Below are positions 46,505 through 57,679 of a stretch of DNA of 64,000 nucleotides, piece by piece. Within the stretch, counting starts at the first letter, position 1; each line of letters starts with the position of its first letter. The DNA lies in NCBI GenBank assembly GCA_964016885.1, contig OZ024743.1:143220001-143284000 (forward strand), given 5' to 3'. The translations under genes were made by a program, and so were the position numbers. A model generated the notes under the pieces. That model made no database searches, was not told where the DNA came from, and worked only from the letters and a program-made list of their open reading frames with translations. Source of the stretch: Eledone cirrhosa. Its lineage: Eukaryota.

Positions 46505-49500
46505 GGTGCTAGGTGCTTGGTGCTTGGTGTTTGGTGCTTGGTGCTTGGTGCTTGGTGTTTGGTGTTTGGTATTGGTGCTTGGTGTTTGGTGCTTGGTGCT
46601 TGGTGCTTGGTGTTTGGTGGTTGGTGTTTGGTGCTTGGTGTTAGGTGTTTGGTGCTTGGTGCTTGGTGTTTGGTGTTTGGTGCTTGGTGTTTGGTGTTTG
46701 GTGCTTGGTGTTTGGTGCTTGGTACTTGGTGCTTGGTGCTTGGTGTTAGGTGCTTGGTGCTTGGTGCTTGGTGTTTGGTGCTTGGTGTTTGGTGCTTGGT
46801 GCCTGCTGCTTGGTGCTTGGTGCTTGGTGTTTGGTGGTTGGTGTTTGGTGCTTGGTGTTTGATGCTTGGTGCTTGGTGCTTGGTGTTTTGTGTTTGGTGC
46901 TTGGTGCTTGGTGTTTGGTGCTTGGTGCTTGGTGCTTGGTGTTTGTACTTGGTGCTTGGTGCTTGGTGTTTGGTTCTTGGTGTTTCGTACTTGGTGCTTG
47001 GTGCTTGGTGTTTGGTGTTTGGTGCTTGGTGTTTGGTGCTTGGTGCTTGTTGCTTGGTGCTTGGTGTTAGGTGTTTGGTGCTTGGTGCTTGGTGTTTGGT
47101 GCTTCATGCTTGGTGCTTGGTGTCTGGTGCTTGGTTTTTGGAGCTTAGTTTCTGGTGCTTGGTGTTTGGTGCTTGGTGCTTGGTGTTTGGTGTTTGGTGC
47201 TTGGTGTTAGGTGTTTGGTGCTTGGTGTTTGATCCTTGGTGCTTGGTGTTTGGTGTTTGGTGCTTGCTGTTTGGTGTTTGGTGCTTGCTGCTTGGTGTTT
47301 GGTGTTTTGGTGTTTTGTGCTAGGTGCTTGGTGTTTGGTACTTGGTGATTGGTGCTTGGTGCTTCGTGTTTTGTGTTTGGTGTTTGGTCTTTGGTGCTTG
47401 GTGTTTGGTGCTTGGTGCTTGGTGCTTGGTGTTTGGTGTTTGGTGCTTGGTGCTTTGTGTTTGGTGTTTGTTGTTTGGTGCTTGGTGTCTGGTGCTTGGT
47501 GTTTGGTGCTTGGTGTTTGGTGTTCGGTGTTTGGTGCTTTTTGCTTGTTGCTTGGTGCTTGGTGTTTGGTGCTTGGTGCTTGGTGATTGGTGTTTGGTGT
47601 TATATGCTTGGTGTTTGATGCTTGGTGCTTGGTGTTTGGTCTTTGGTGTTTGATGCTTGGTGCTTGTTGCTTTGTGTTTGGTGCTTGGTGCTTGGTGTTT
47701 GTACTTGGTGCTTGGTGCTTGGTGCTTGGTGTTTGGTGCTTGGTGCCTGGTGCTTGGTGCTTGGTGTTTGGTGCTTGGTGTTTGGTGTTTGGTGCTTGAT
47801 GTTTGGTGATTGGTGCTTGGTGTTAGGTGTTTGGTGCTTGGTGCTTGGTGCTTGGTGTTTGGTGCTTGGTGTTTGGTGCTTGGTGTTTGGTGCTTAGTGC
47901 TTGGTGCTTGGTGCTTGGTGCTTGGTGTTTGGTGGTTGGTGTTTGGTGCTTGGTGTTAGGTGTTCGCTGCTTGGTGCTTGGTGTTTGGTGTTTGGTGCTT
48001 GGTGTTTGGTGTTTGGTGCTTGGTGTTTGGTGCTTTTTGCTTGGTGCTTGGTGTTTGATGCTTGGTGCTTGGTGTTTGGTGCTGGGTGCTTGGTGCTTGG
48101 TGTTTGGTGTTTGGTGCTTGGTGTTTAGTGTTATATGCTTGGTGTTTGATGCTTGGTGCTTGGTGCTTGTTGTTTGGTGCTAGGTGCTTGGTGCTTGGTG
48201 TTTGGTGCTTGGTGCTTGGTGCTTGGTGTTTGGTGTTTGGTATTGGTGCTTGGTGTTTGGTGCTTGGTGCTTGGTGCTTGGTGTTTGGTGGTTGGTGTTT
48301 GGTGCTTGGTGTTAGGTGTTTGGTGCTTGGTGCTTGGTGTTTGGTGTTTGGTGCTTGGTGTTTGGTGTTTGGTGCTTGGTGTTTGGTGCTTGGTACTTGG
48401 TGCTTGGTGTTAGGTGCTTGGTGCTTGGTGCTTGGTGTTTGGTGCTTGGTGTTTGGTGCTTGGTGCCTGCTGCTTGGTGCTTGGTGCTTGGTGTTTGGTG
48501 GTTGGTGTTTGGTGCTTGGTGTTTGATGCTTGGTGCTTGGTGCTTGGTGTTTTGTGTTTGGTGCTTGGTGCTTGGTGTTTGGTGCTTGGTGCTTGGTGCT
48601 TGGTGTTTGTACTTGGTGCTTGGTGCTTGGTGTTTGGTTCTTGGTGTTTCGTACTTGGTGCTTGGTGCTTGGTGTTTGGTGTTTGGTGCTTGGTGTTTGG
48701 TGCTTGGTGCTTGGTGCTTGGTGCTTGGTGTTAGGTGTTTGGTGCTTGGTGCTTGGTGTTTGGTGCTTCATGCTTGGTGCTTGGTGTTTGGTGCTTGGTT
48801 TTTGGAGCTTAGTTTCTGGTGCTTGGTGTTTGGTGCTTGGTGCTTGGTGTTTGGTGTTTGGTGCTTGGTGTTAGGTGTTTGGTGCTTGGTGTTTGATCCT
48901 TGGTGCTTGGTGTTTGGTGTTTGGTGCTTGCTGTTTGGTGTTTGGTGCTTGCTGCTTGGTGTTTGGTGTTTTGGTGTTTTGTGCTAGGTGCTTGGTGTTT
49001 GGTACTTGGTGATTGGTGCTTGGTGCTTCGTGTTTTGTGTTTGGTGTTTGGTCTTTGGTGCTTGGTGTTTGGTGCTTGGTGCTTGGTGCTTGGTGTTTGG
49101 TGTTTGGTGCTTGGTGCTTTGTGTTTGGTGTTTGTTGTTTGGTGCTTGGTGTCTGGTGCTTGGTGTTTGGTGCTTGGTGTTTGGTGTTCGGTGTTTGGTG
49201 CTTTTTGCTTGTTGCTTGGTGCTTGGTGTTTGGTGCTTGGTGCTTGGTGATTGGTGTTTGGTGTTATATGCTTGGTGTTTGATGCTTGGTGCTTGGTGTT
49301 TGGTCTTTGGTGTTTGATGCTTGGTGCTTGTTGCTTTGTGTTTGGTGCTTGGTGCTTGGTGTTTGTACTTGGTGCTTGGTGCTTGGTGCTTGGTGTTTGG
49401 TGCTTGGTGCCTGGTGCTTGGTGCTTGGTGTTTGGTGCTTGGTGTTTGGTGTTTGGTGCTTGATGTTTGGTGATTGGTGCTTGGTGTTAGGTGTTTGGTG

Positions 49501-49845
49501 CTTGGTGCTTGGTGCTTGGTGTTTGGTGCTTGGTGTTTGGTGCTTGGTGTTTGGTGCTTAGTGCTTGGTGCTTGGTGCTTGGTGCTTGGTGTTTGGTGGT
49601 TGGTGTTTGGTGCTTGGTGTTAGGTGTTCGCTGCTTGGTGCTTGGTGTTTGGTGTTTGGTGCTTGGTGTTTGGTGTTTGGTGCTTGGTGTTTGGTGCTTT
49701 TTGCTTGGTGCTTGGTGTTTGATGCTTGGTGCTTGGTGTTTGGTGCTGGGTGCTTGGTGCTTGGTGTTTGGTGTTTGGTGCTTGGTGTTTAGTGTTATAT
49801 GCTTGGTGTTTGATGCTTGGTGCTTGGTGCTTGTTGTTTGGTGTT
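46505..49845 (+). repeat. Near-perfect 1,664-bp tandem duplication (1,671 at its left end, one extra monomer)
   Basis: CGTAC at 46986/48650, GGAGCTTAGTTTCTGG at 47140/48804, GATCC at 47231/48895, TGTTCGCTGC in both copies. Identical ORF-track strings from 46750/48414 to 47901/49565. Confidence 0.93.
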
Positions 49846-52800
49846 TGGTGCTTGGTGTTTGATGCTTGGTGCTTGGTGCTTGGTGTTTGGTGCTTGGTGC
49901 TTGGTGTTTGGTGCTTGGTGCTTGGTGTTTGGTGCTTGGTGTTTGGTGCTTGGTGCTTGGTGCTTGGTGCTTGGTGTTTGGTGGTTGGTGCTTGGTGCTT
50001 GGTGTTAGGTGTTTGGTGCTTGGTGCTTGGTGTTTGGTGTTTGGTGCTTGGTGTTTGGTGCTTGGTACTTGGTGCTTGGTGCTTGGTGTTAGATGTTTGG
50101 TGCTTGGTGCTTGGTGTCTGGTTTTTGGTGCTTGGTGCTTGGTGTTTGGTGTTTGGTGCTTGCTGCTGGCTGCTTGGTGTTTGGTGCTTGGTGATTGGTG
50201 CTAGGTGTTTGGTGCTAGGTGCTTGGTGTTTGTTGCTTGGTGCTTGGTGTTTGTACTTGGTGCTTGGTGTTTGGTGCTTGGTGCTTGTTGTTTGGTGTTT
50301 GGTGCTTGGTGTTTGGTGCTTGGTGCTTGGTTCTTGGTGTTTGGTGCTTGGTGTTTGGTGCTTGGTGTTAGGTGTTTGGTGCTTGGTGCTTGGTGTTTGG
50401 TGTTTGGTGCTTGGTGTTTGGTGTTTGGTGTTATATGCTTGGTGTTTGATGCTTGGTGCTTGGTGCTTGGTGTTTGGTGCTTGGTGTTTGATGCTTGGTG
50501 CTTGGTGCTTGGTGTTTGGTGCTTGGTGCTTGGTGTTTGTACTTGGTGCTTGGTGCTTGGTTCTTGGTGTTTGGTGCTTGGTGTTTGGTGCTTGGTGCTT
50601 GGTGTTTCGTGCTTGGTGTTTGGTGCTTGGTGCTTGGTGCTTGGTGCTTGGTGTTTGGTGCTTGGTGTTTGGTGCTTGGTATTAGGTGTTTGGTGCTTGG
50701 TGCTTGGTGTTTGGTGTTTGGTGCTTGGTGTTTGGGGCTTGGTGTTTGGTGTTAGGTGTTTGGTGCTTGGTGTTTGGTGTTTGGTGCTTGGTGTTTGGTG
50801 CTTGGTGCTTGGTGTTTGGTGTTTGGTGCTTGGTGTTTGGTGCTTGGTACTTGGTGCTTGGTGCTTGGTGTTAGGTGTTTGGTGCTTGGTGCTTGGTGTT
50901 TGGTTTTTGGTGCTTGGTGTTTGGTGTTTGGTGCTGGCTGATTGGTGTTTGATGCTTGGTGATTGGTGCTTGGTGTTTGGTGCTTGGTGTTTGGTGTTTG
51001 GTGCTAGGTGCTTGGTGCTTGGTGTTTGGTGCTTAGTGCTTGGTGTTTGGTGCTTGGTGCTTGGTGTTTGGTGCTTGGTGCTTGGTGCTTGGTATTTGGT
51101 GGTTGGTGTTTGGTGCTTGGTCTTAGGTGTTTGGTGCTTGGTGCTTGGTGTTTGGTGTTTGGTGCTTGGTGTTTTGTGTTTGGTGTTTGGTGCTTGGTGC
51201 TTGGTGGTTGGTGCTTGCTGCTTGGTGCTTGGTGCTTGGTGGTTGGTGTTTGGTACTTGGTGTTAGGTGTTTGGTGCTTGGTGTTTGGTCTTTTGGTGTT
51301 TTGTGCTAGGTGCTTGGTGTTTGGTACTTGGTGATTGGTGCTTGGTGCTTCGTGTTTTGTGTTTGGTGTTTGGTCTTTGGTGCTTGGTGTTTGGTGCTTG
51401 GTGCTTGGTGCTTGGTGTTTGGTGTTTGGTGCTTGGTGCTTGGTGTTTGGTGTTTGTTGTTTGGTGCTTGGTGTCTGGTGCTTGGTGTTTGGTGCTTGGT
51501 GTTTGGTGTTCGGTGTTTGGTGCTTTTTGCTTGGTGCTTGGTGCTTGGTGTTTGGTGCTTGGTGCTTGGTGTTTGGTGCTGGGTGCTTGGTGCTTGGTGT
51601 TTGGTGTTTGGTGCTTGGTGCTTGGTGATTGGTGTTTGGTGTTATATGCTTGGTGTTTGATGCTTGGTGCTTGGTGCTTGGTGTTTGGTCTTTGGTGTTT
51701 GATGCTTGGTGCTTGGTGCTTGGTGTTTGGTGCTTGGTGCTTGGTGTTTGTACTTGGTACTTGGTGCTTGGTGCTTGGTGTTTGGTGCTTGGTGTTTGGT
51801 GCTTGGTGCTTGGTGTTTGGTGGTTGGTGTTTGGTGCTTGGTGTTAGGTGTTTGGTGCTTGGTGCTTGGTGTTTGGTGTTTGGTGCTTGGTGTTTGGTGT
51901 TTGGTGCTTGGTGTTAGATGCTTGGTGCTTGGTGCTTGGTGTTTGGTGCTTGGTGCTTGATGTTTGGTGCTGGGTGCTTGGTGCTTGGTGTTTGGTGTTT
52001 GGTGCTTGGTGCTTGGTGTTATATGCTTGGTGTTTGATGCTTGGTGCTTGGTGCTTGGTGTTTGGTGTTTGGTGCTTGGTGTTTGATCCTTGGTGCTTGG
52101 TGTTTGGTGTTTAGTGCTTGGTGCTTGGTGTTTGGTGTTTGGTGCTTGCTGCTTGCTGCTTGCTGCTTGGTGTTTGGTGTTTTGGTGTTTTGTGCTAGGT
52201 GCTTGGTGTTTGGTACTTGGTGATTGGTGTTTGGTGTTTGGTGCTTGCTGCTTGGTGTTTGGTGTTTGTTGTTTGGTGCTTGGTGTCTGGTGCTTGGTGT
52301 TTGGTGCTTGGTGTTTGGTGTTCGGTGTTTGGTGCTTTTTGCTTGGTGCTTTGTGCTTGGTGTTTGGTGCTTGGTGTTTGGTGCTGGGTGCTTGGTGCTT
52401 GGTGTTTGGTGCTTGGTGCTTGGTGATTGGTGTTTGGTGTTATATGCTTGGTGTTTGATGCTTGGTGCTTGGTGTTTGGTCTTTGGTGTTTGATGCTTGG
52501 TGCTTGGTGCTTGGTGTTTGGTGCTTGGTGCTTGGTGCTTGGTGTTTGTACTTGGTGCTTGGTGCTTGGTGCTTGGTGTTTGGTGCTTGGTTCTTGGTGC
52601 TTGGTGTTTGGTGCTCTGTGTTTGGTGCTTGGTGTTTGGTGCTTGGTGCTTGGTGCTTGGTGCTTGGTGTTTGGTGGTTGGTGCTTGGTGCTTGGTGTTA
52701 GGTGTTTGGTGCTTGGTGCTTGGTGTTTGGTGTTTGGTGCTTGGTGTTTGGTGTTTGGTGCTTGGTGTTTGGTGCTTGGTGCTTGGTGCTTGGTGCTTGG

Positions 52801-55800
52801 TGTCTGGTTTTTGGTGCTTGGTGCTTGGTGTTTGGTGTTTGGTGCTTGATGCTGGCTGCTTGGTGTTTGGTGCTTGGTGATTGGTGCTTGGTGTTTGGTG
52901 TTTGGTGTTTGGTGCTAGGTGCTTGGTGTTTGGTGCTTGGTGCTTGGTGTTTGTACTTGGTGCTTGGTGCTTGGTGTTTGGTGCTTGGTGCTTGGTGTTT
53001 GGTGCTTGGTGCTTGGTTCTTGGTGTTTGGTGCTTGGTGCTTGGTGTTTGGTGCTTGGTGCTTGGTGTTTGGTGCTTGGTGTTTGGTGCTTGGTGTTTGG
53101 TGCTTGGTGCTTGGTGCTTGGTGCTTGGTGTTTGGTGTTTGGTGTTTGGTGCTTGGTGTTAGGTGTTTGGTGCTTGGTGCTTGGTGTTTGGTGTTTGATG
53201 CTTGGTGTTTGGTGCTTGGTATTTGTTGTTAGGTGTTTGGTGCTTGGTGTTTGGTGTTTGGTGCTTGGTGTTTGGTGCTTGGTGCTTGGTGTTTGGTGTT
53301 TGGTGCTTGGTGTTTGGTGCTTGGTACTTGGTGCTTGGTGTTAGGTGTTTGGTGCTTGGTGCTTGGTGTTTGGTTTTTGGTGCTTGGTGTTTGGTGCTTG
53401 CTGCTGGCTGCTTGGTGTTTGATGCTTGGTGATTGGTGCTTGGTGTTTGGTGCTTGGTGCTTGGTGTTTTGTGTTAGGTGCTTGGTGTTTGGTGCTTGGT
53501 GCTTGGTGCTTGGTGTTTGGTGTTTGGTGTTTGGTGCTTGGTGCTTGGTGTTTGGTGCTTGGTGCTGGGTGGTTGGTGTTTAGTGCTTGGTGTTTGGTGC
53601 TGGGTGCTTGGTGTTTGGTGCTTGGTGCTTGGTCTTTGGTGCTTGGTGTTTGGTGTTTGGTGCTTGGTGCTTGGTGCTTGGTGTTTGGTGCTTGGTGCTT
53701 GGTGCTTGGTGTTTGGTGCTTGGTGCTTAGTGTTTGGTGCTTGGTGCTTAGTGTTTGGTGCTAGGTGCTTGGTGTTTGGTGCTTGGTGCTTGGTGTTTGG
53801 TGCCTGGTGCTTGGTGTTTGGTGTTTGGTGTTTGGTGCTTGGTGCTTGGTGTTTGGTGTTTGCTGTTTGGTGTTTGTTGTTTGGTGTTTGTTGTTTGGTG
53901 TTTGCTGTTTGGTGTTTGGTGTTTGCTTTTTGGTGTTTGGTGTTTGCTGTATGTTGTTTGCTGTTTGGTGTTTGGTGTTTGGTGTTTGGTGCTTGGTGCT
54001 TGGTGTTTGGTGCTTGGTGTTTTGTGCCTGGTGCTTGGTGCTTGGTGCTTGGTGTTTGGTGTTTGGTGCTTGGTGCTTGGAGTTTGGTGTTTGGTGCTTG
54101 GTGCTTGGTGTTTTGTGTTTCGTGTTTGGTTTTTGGTGCTTGGTGCTTGGTGCTTGGTCCTTGGTGTTTGGTGCTGGGTGCTTTGTGTTTGGTGCTTGGT
54201 GCTTGGTACTTGGTGTTTGGTGTTTGCTGCTTGGTGTTTGATGCTTGGTGCTTGGTGCTTGGTGTTTTGTGTTTGGTGCTTGGTGCTTGGTGTTTGGTGC
54301 TTGGTGCTTGGTGCTTGGTGTTTGTACTCTGTGCTTGGTGCTTGGTGTTTGGTTCTTGGTTCTTGGTGTTTGGTGTTTGGCGTTTGGTGTTTGGTGCTTG
54401 GTGCTTGGTGTTTGGTGCTTGGTGCTTGGTGCTTGGTGTTTGGTGTTTGGTGCTTGGTGCTTGGTGCTTGGAGTTTGGTGTTTGGTGCTTGGTGCTTGGT
54501 GTTTTGTGTTTGGTGTTTTGTGTTTGGTGTTTGGTTTTTGGTGCTTGGTGCTTGGTCCTTGGTGTTTGGTGCTGGGTGCTTTGTGTTTGGTGCTTGGTGC
54601 TTGGTGTTTGGTGTTTGCTGCTTGTTGTTTGATGCTTGGTGCTTGGTGTTTTGTGTTTGGTGCATGGTTCTTGGTGTTTGGTGCTTGGTGCTTGGTGCTT
54701 GGTGTTTGTACTTGGTGCTTGGTGCTTGGTTCTGGGTTCTTGGTGTTTGGTACTTGGTGCTTGGTGCTTGGTGCTTGATGTTTGGTGTTTGGTGCTTGGT
54801 GTTTGGTGCTTGGTGCTTGGTGCTTGGTGTTTTGTGTTTGGTGCTTGGTTCTTGGTGTTTGGTGCTTGGTGCTTGGTGCTTGGTGTTTGTACTTGATGCT
54901 TGGTGCTTGGTGTTTGGTTCTTGGTTCTTGGTGTTTGGTACTTGGTGCTTGGTGTTTGGTGTTTGCTGTTTGGTGTTTGGTGTTTGGTGTTTGCTGTTTG
55001 CTGTTTTGTGTCTGCTTTTTGGTGTTTAGTGTTTGCTGTATGGTGTTTGGTGTTTGCTGTTTGGTGTTTGGTGCTTGGTGCTTGGTGTTTGGTGTTTGGT
55101 GCTTGGTGCTTGGTGTTTGGTGCTTTGTGTTTGGTGTTTGGTGCTTGGTGTCTGGTGCTTGGTGTTTGGTGTTTGGTGCTTGGTGTTTGGTGTTTGGTGC
55201 TTGGTGTTTGGTGTTTGGTGTTTGGTGCTTGGTGCTTGGTGTTTGGTGTTTGGTGCTTGGTGTCTGGTGCTTGGTGTTTGGTGTTTGGTGCTTGGTGTTT
55301 GGTGTTTGGTGTTTTGTGCTTGGTGCTTGCTGCTTGGTGTTTGGTGTTTGGTGTTTGGTGCTTGGTGCTTGGTGTTTGGTGCTGAGTGGTTGGTGTTTGG
55401 TGCTTGGTGTTTGGTGCTGGGTGCTTGGTGTTTGGTGCTGGGTGTTTGGTGCTTGGTGCTTGGTCTTTGGTGCTTGGTGTTTGGTGCTTGGTGCTTGGTG
55501 CTTGGTGTTTGGTGCTTGGTGCTTGGTGTTTGGTGCTTGGTGCTTAGTGTTTGGTGCTAGGTGCTTGGTGTTTGGTGCTTGGTGCTTGGTGTTTGGTGCT
55601 TGGTGCTTGGTGTTTGGTGTTTGGTGTTTGGTGCTTGGTGCTTGGTGTTTGCTGTTTGCTGTTTGGTGTTTGTTGTTTGTTGTTTGGTGTTTGCTGTTTG
55701 GTGTTTGGTGTTTGTTTTTTGGTGTTTGGTGTTTGCTGTATGTTGTTTGCTGTTTGGTGTTTGGTGTTTGGTGTTTGGTGTTTGGTGCTTGGTGTTTGGT

Positions 55801-57679
55801 GCTTGGTGCTTGGTGTTTGGTGCCTGGTGCTTGGTACTTGGTGCTTGGTGTTTGGTGCTTGGTGCTTGGTGCTTGGTGTTTGGTGCTTGGTGCTTGGTGT
55901 TTTGTGTTTCGTGTTTGGTTTTTGGTGCTTGGTGCTTGGTGCTTGGTCCTTGGTGTTTGGTGCTGGGTTCTTTGTGTTTGGTGCTTGTTGCTTGGTGTTT
56001 GGTGTTTGCTGCTTGGTGTTTGAGGCTTGGTGCTTGGTGCTTGGTGTTTGGTTCTTGGTTCTTGGTGTTTGGTGTTTGGCGTTTGGTGTTTGGTGCTTGG
56101 TGCCTGGTGCTTGGTGTTTGCTGTTTGGTGTTTGGTGTTTGGTGTTTGCTGTTTGGTGTCTGCTTTTTGATGTTTAGTGTTTGCTGTATGGTGTTTGCTG
56201 TTTCGTGTTTGGTGTTTGCTGTTTGGTGTTTGGTGTTTGCTGTTTGGTGTTTGGTCTTTGGTGCTTGGTGTTTGGTGCTTGGTGCTTGGTGTTTGGTGTT
56301 TGGTGCTTGGTGCTTGGTGTTTGGTGTTTGGTGCTTGGTGCTTGGTGTTTGGTGTTTGCTGCTTGGTGTCTGGTGCATGGTGTTTGGTGTTTGGTGCTTG
56401 GTGCTTGGTGTTTGGTGCTTGGTGTTTGGTGTTTGGTGCTTGTTGCTTGGTGCTTGATGTTTGGTGCTTGGTGCTTGGTGTTTGGTGCTGGGTGCTTGGT
56501 GCATGGTATTTGGTGTTTGGTGTTTGGTGCTTGGTGTTTGGTGTTATATGCTTGGTGTTTGAGTCTTGGTGCTTGGTGCTTGGTGTTTGGTGTTTGGTGC
56601 TTGGTGTTTGATGCTTGGTGCTTGGTGCTTGGTGTTTTGTGCTTGATGTTTGTACTTGGTGCTTGGTGCTTGGTTCTTGGTGTTTGGTGCTTGGTGTTTG
56701 GTGCTTGGTGCTTGGTGTTTGGTGTTTGGTGCTTGGTGCTTGGTGCTTGGTGCTTGGTGTTTGGTGCTTGGTGTTTGGTGTTTGGTGCTTGGTGTTTGGT
56801 GCTTGGTGCTTGGTGTTTGGTGCTTGGTGTTTGGTGCTTGGTGTTTGGTGTTTGGTGCTTGCTGCTGGCTGCTTGGTGTTTGGTTCTTGGTGATTGGTGC
56901 TTGGTGTTTGGTGCTTGGTGTTTGGTGTTTGGTGCTAGGTGCTTGGTGTTTGGTGCTTGGTGCTTGGTGTTTGTACTTGGTGCTTGGTCCTTGGTTCTTG
57001 GTGTTTGGTGCTTGGTGCTTGGTGTTTGGTGCTTGGTGTTTGGTGCTTGGTGTTTGGTGCTTGGTGTTTGGTGCTTGGTGCTTGGTGTTTGGTGCTTGGT
57101 GCTTGGTGCTTGGTGTTTGGTGCCTGGTGCTTGGTGCTTGGTGTTTGGTGTTTGGTGCTTGGTGCTTGAAGTTTGGTGTTTGGTGCTTGGTGCTTGGTGC
57201 TTGGTCTTTGGTCTTTGGTGCTTGGTGTTTGGTGCTTGGTGTTTGGTGCTTGGTGCTTGGTGCTTGGTGCTTGGTGTTTGGTGCTTGGTGTTTGGTGCTT
57301 GGTACTTGGTGTTTGGTGCCTGGTGCTTGGTGCTTGGTGCTTGGTGTTTGGTGTTTGGTGCTTGGTGCTTGGTGCTTGGAGTTTGGTGTTTGGTGCTTGG
57401 TGCTTGGTGTTTTGTGTTTGGTGTTTTGTGTTTGGTGTTTGGTTTTTGGTGCTTGGTGCTTGGTCCTTGGTGTTTGGTGCTGGGTGCTTTGTGTTTGGTG
57501 CTTGGTGCTTGGTGTTTGGTGTTTGCTGCTTGGTGTTTGATGCTTGGTGCTTGGTGCTTGGTGTTTTGTGTTTGGTGCATGGTTCTTGGTGTTTGGTGCT
57601 TGGTGCTTGGTGCTTGGTGTTTGTACTTGGTGCTTGGTGCTTGGTTCTTGGTTCTTGGTGTTTGGTACTTGGTGCTTGG

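Noticed and set aside
44993-47107. 704-aa minus-strand KHQ(A/T)P(S/N)T ORF resembling a mucin-like or heptad (Pol II CTD-like) repeat protein
   Set aside because: It is the antisense translation of the satellite. Start codons come from rare CAT variants, homologous copies are broken by stops and 6-/8-bp frameshifting monomers, and there is no signal peptide or non-repeat region.
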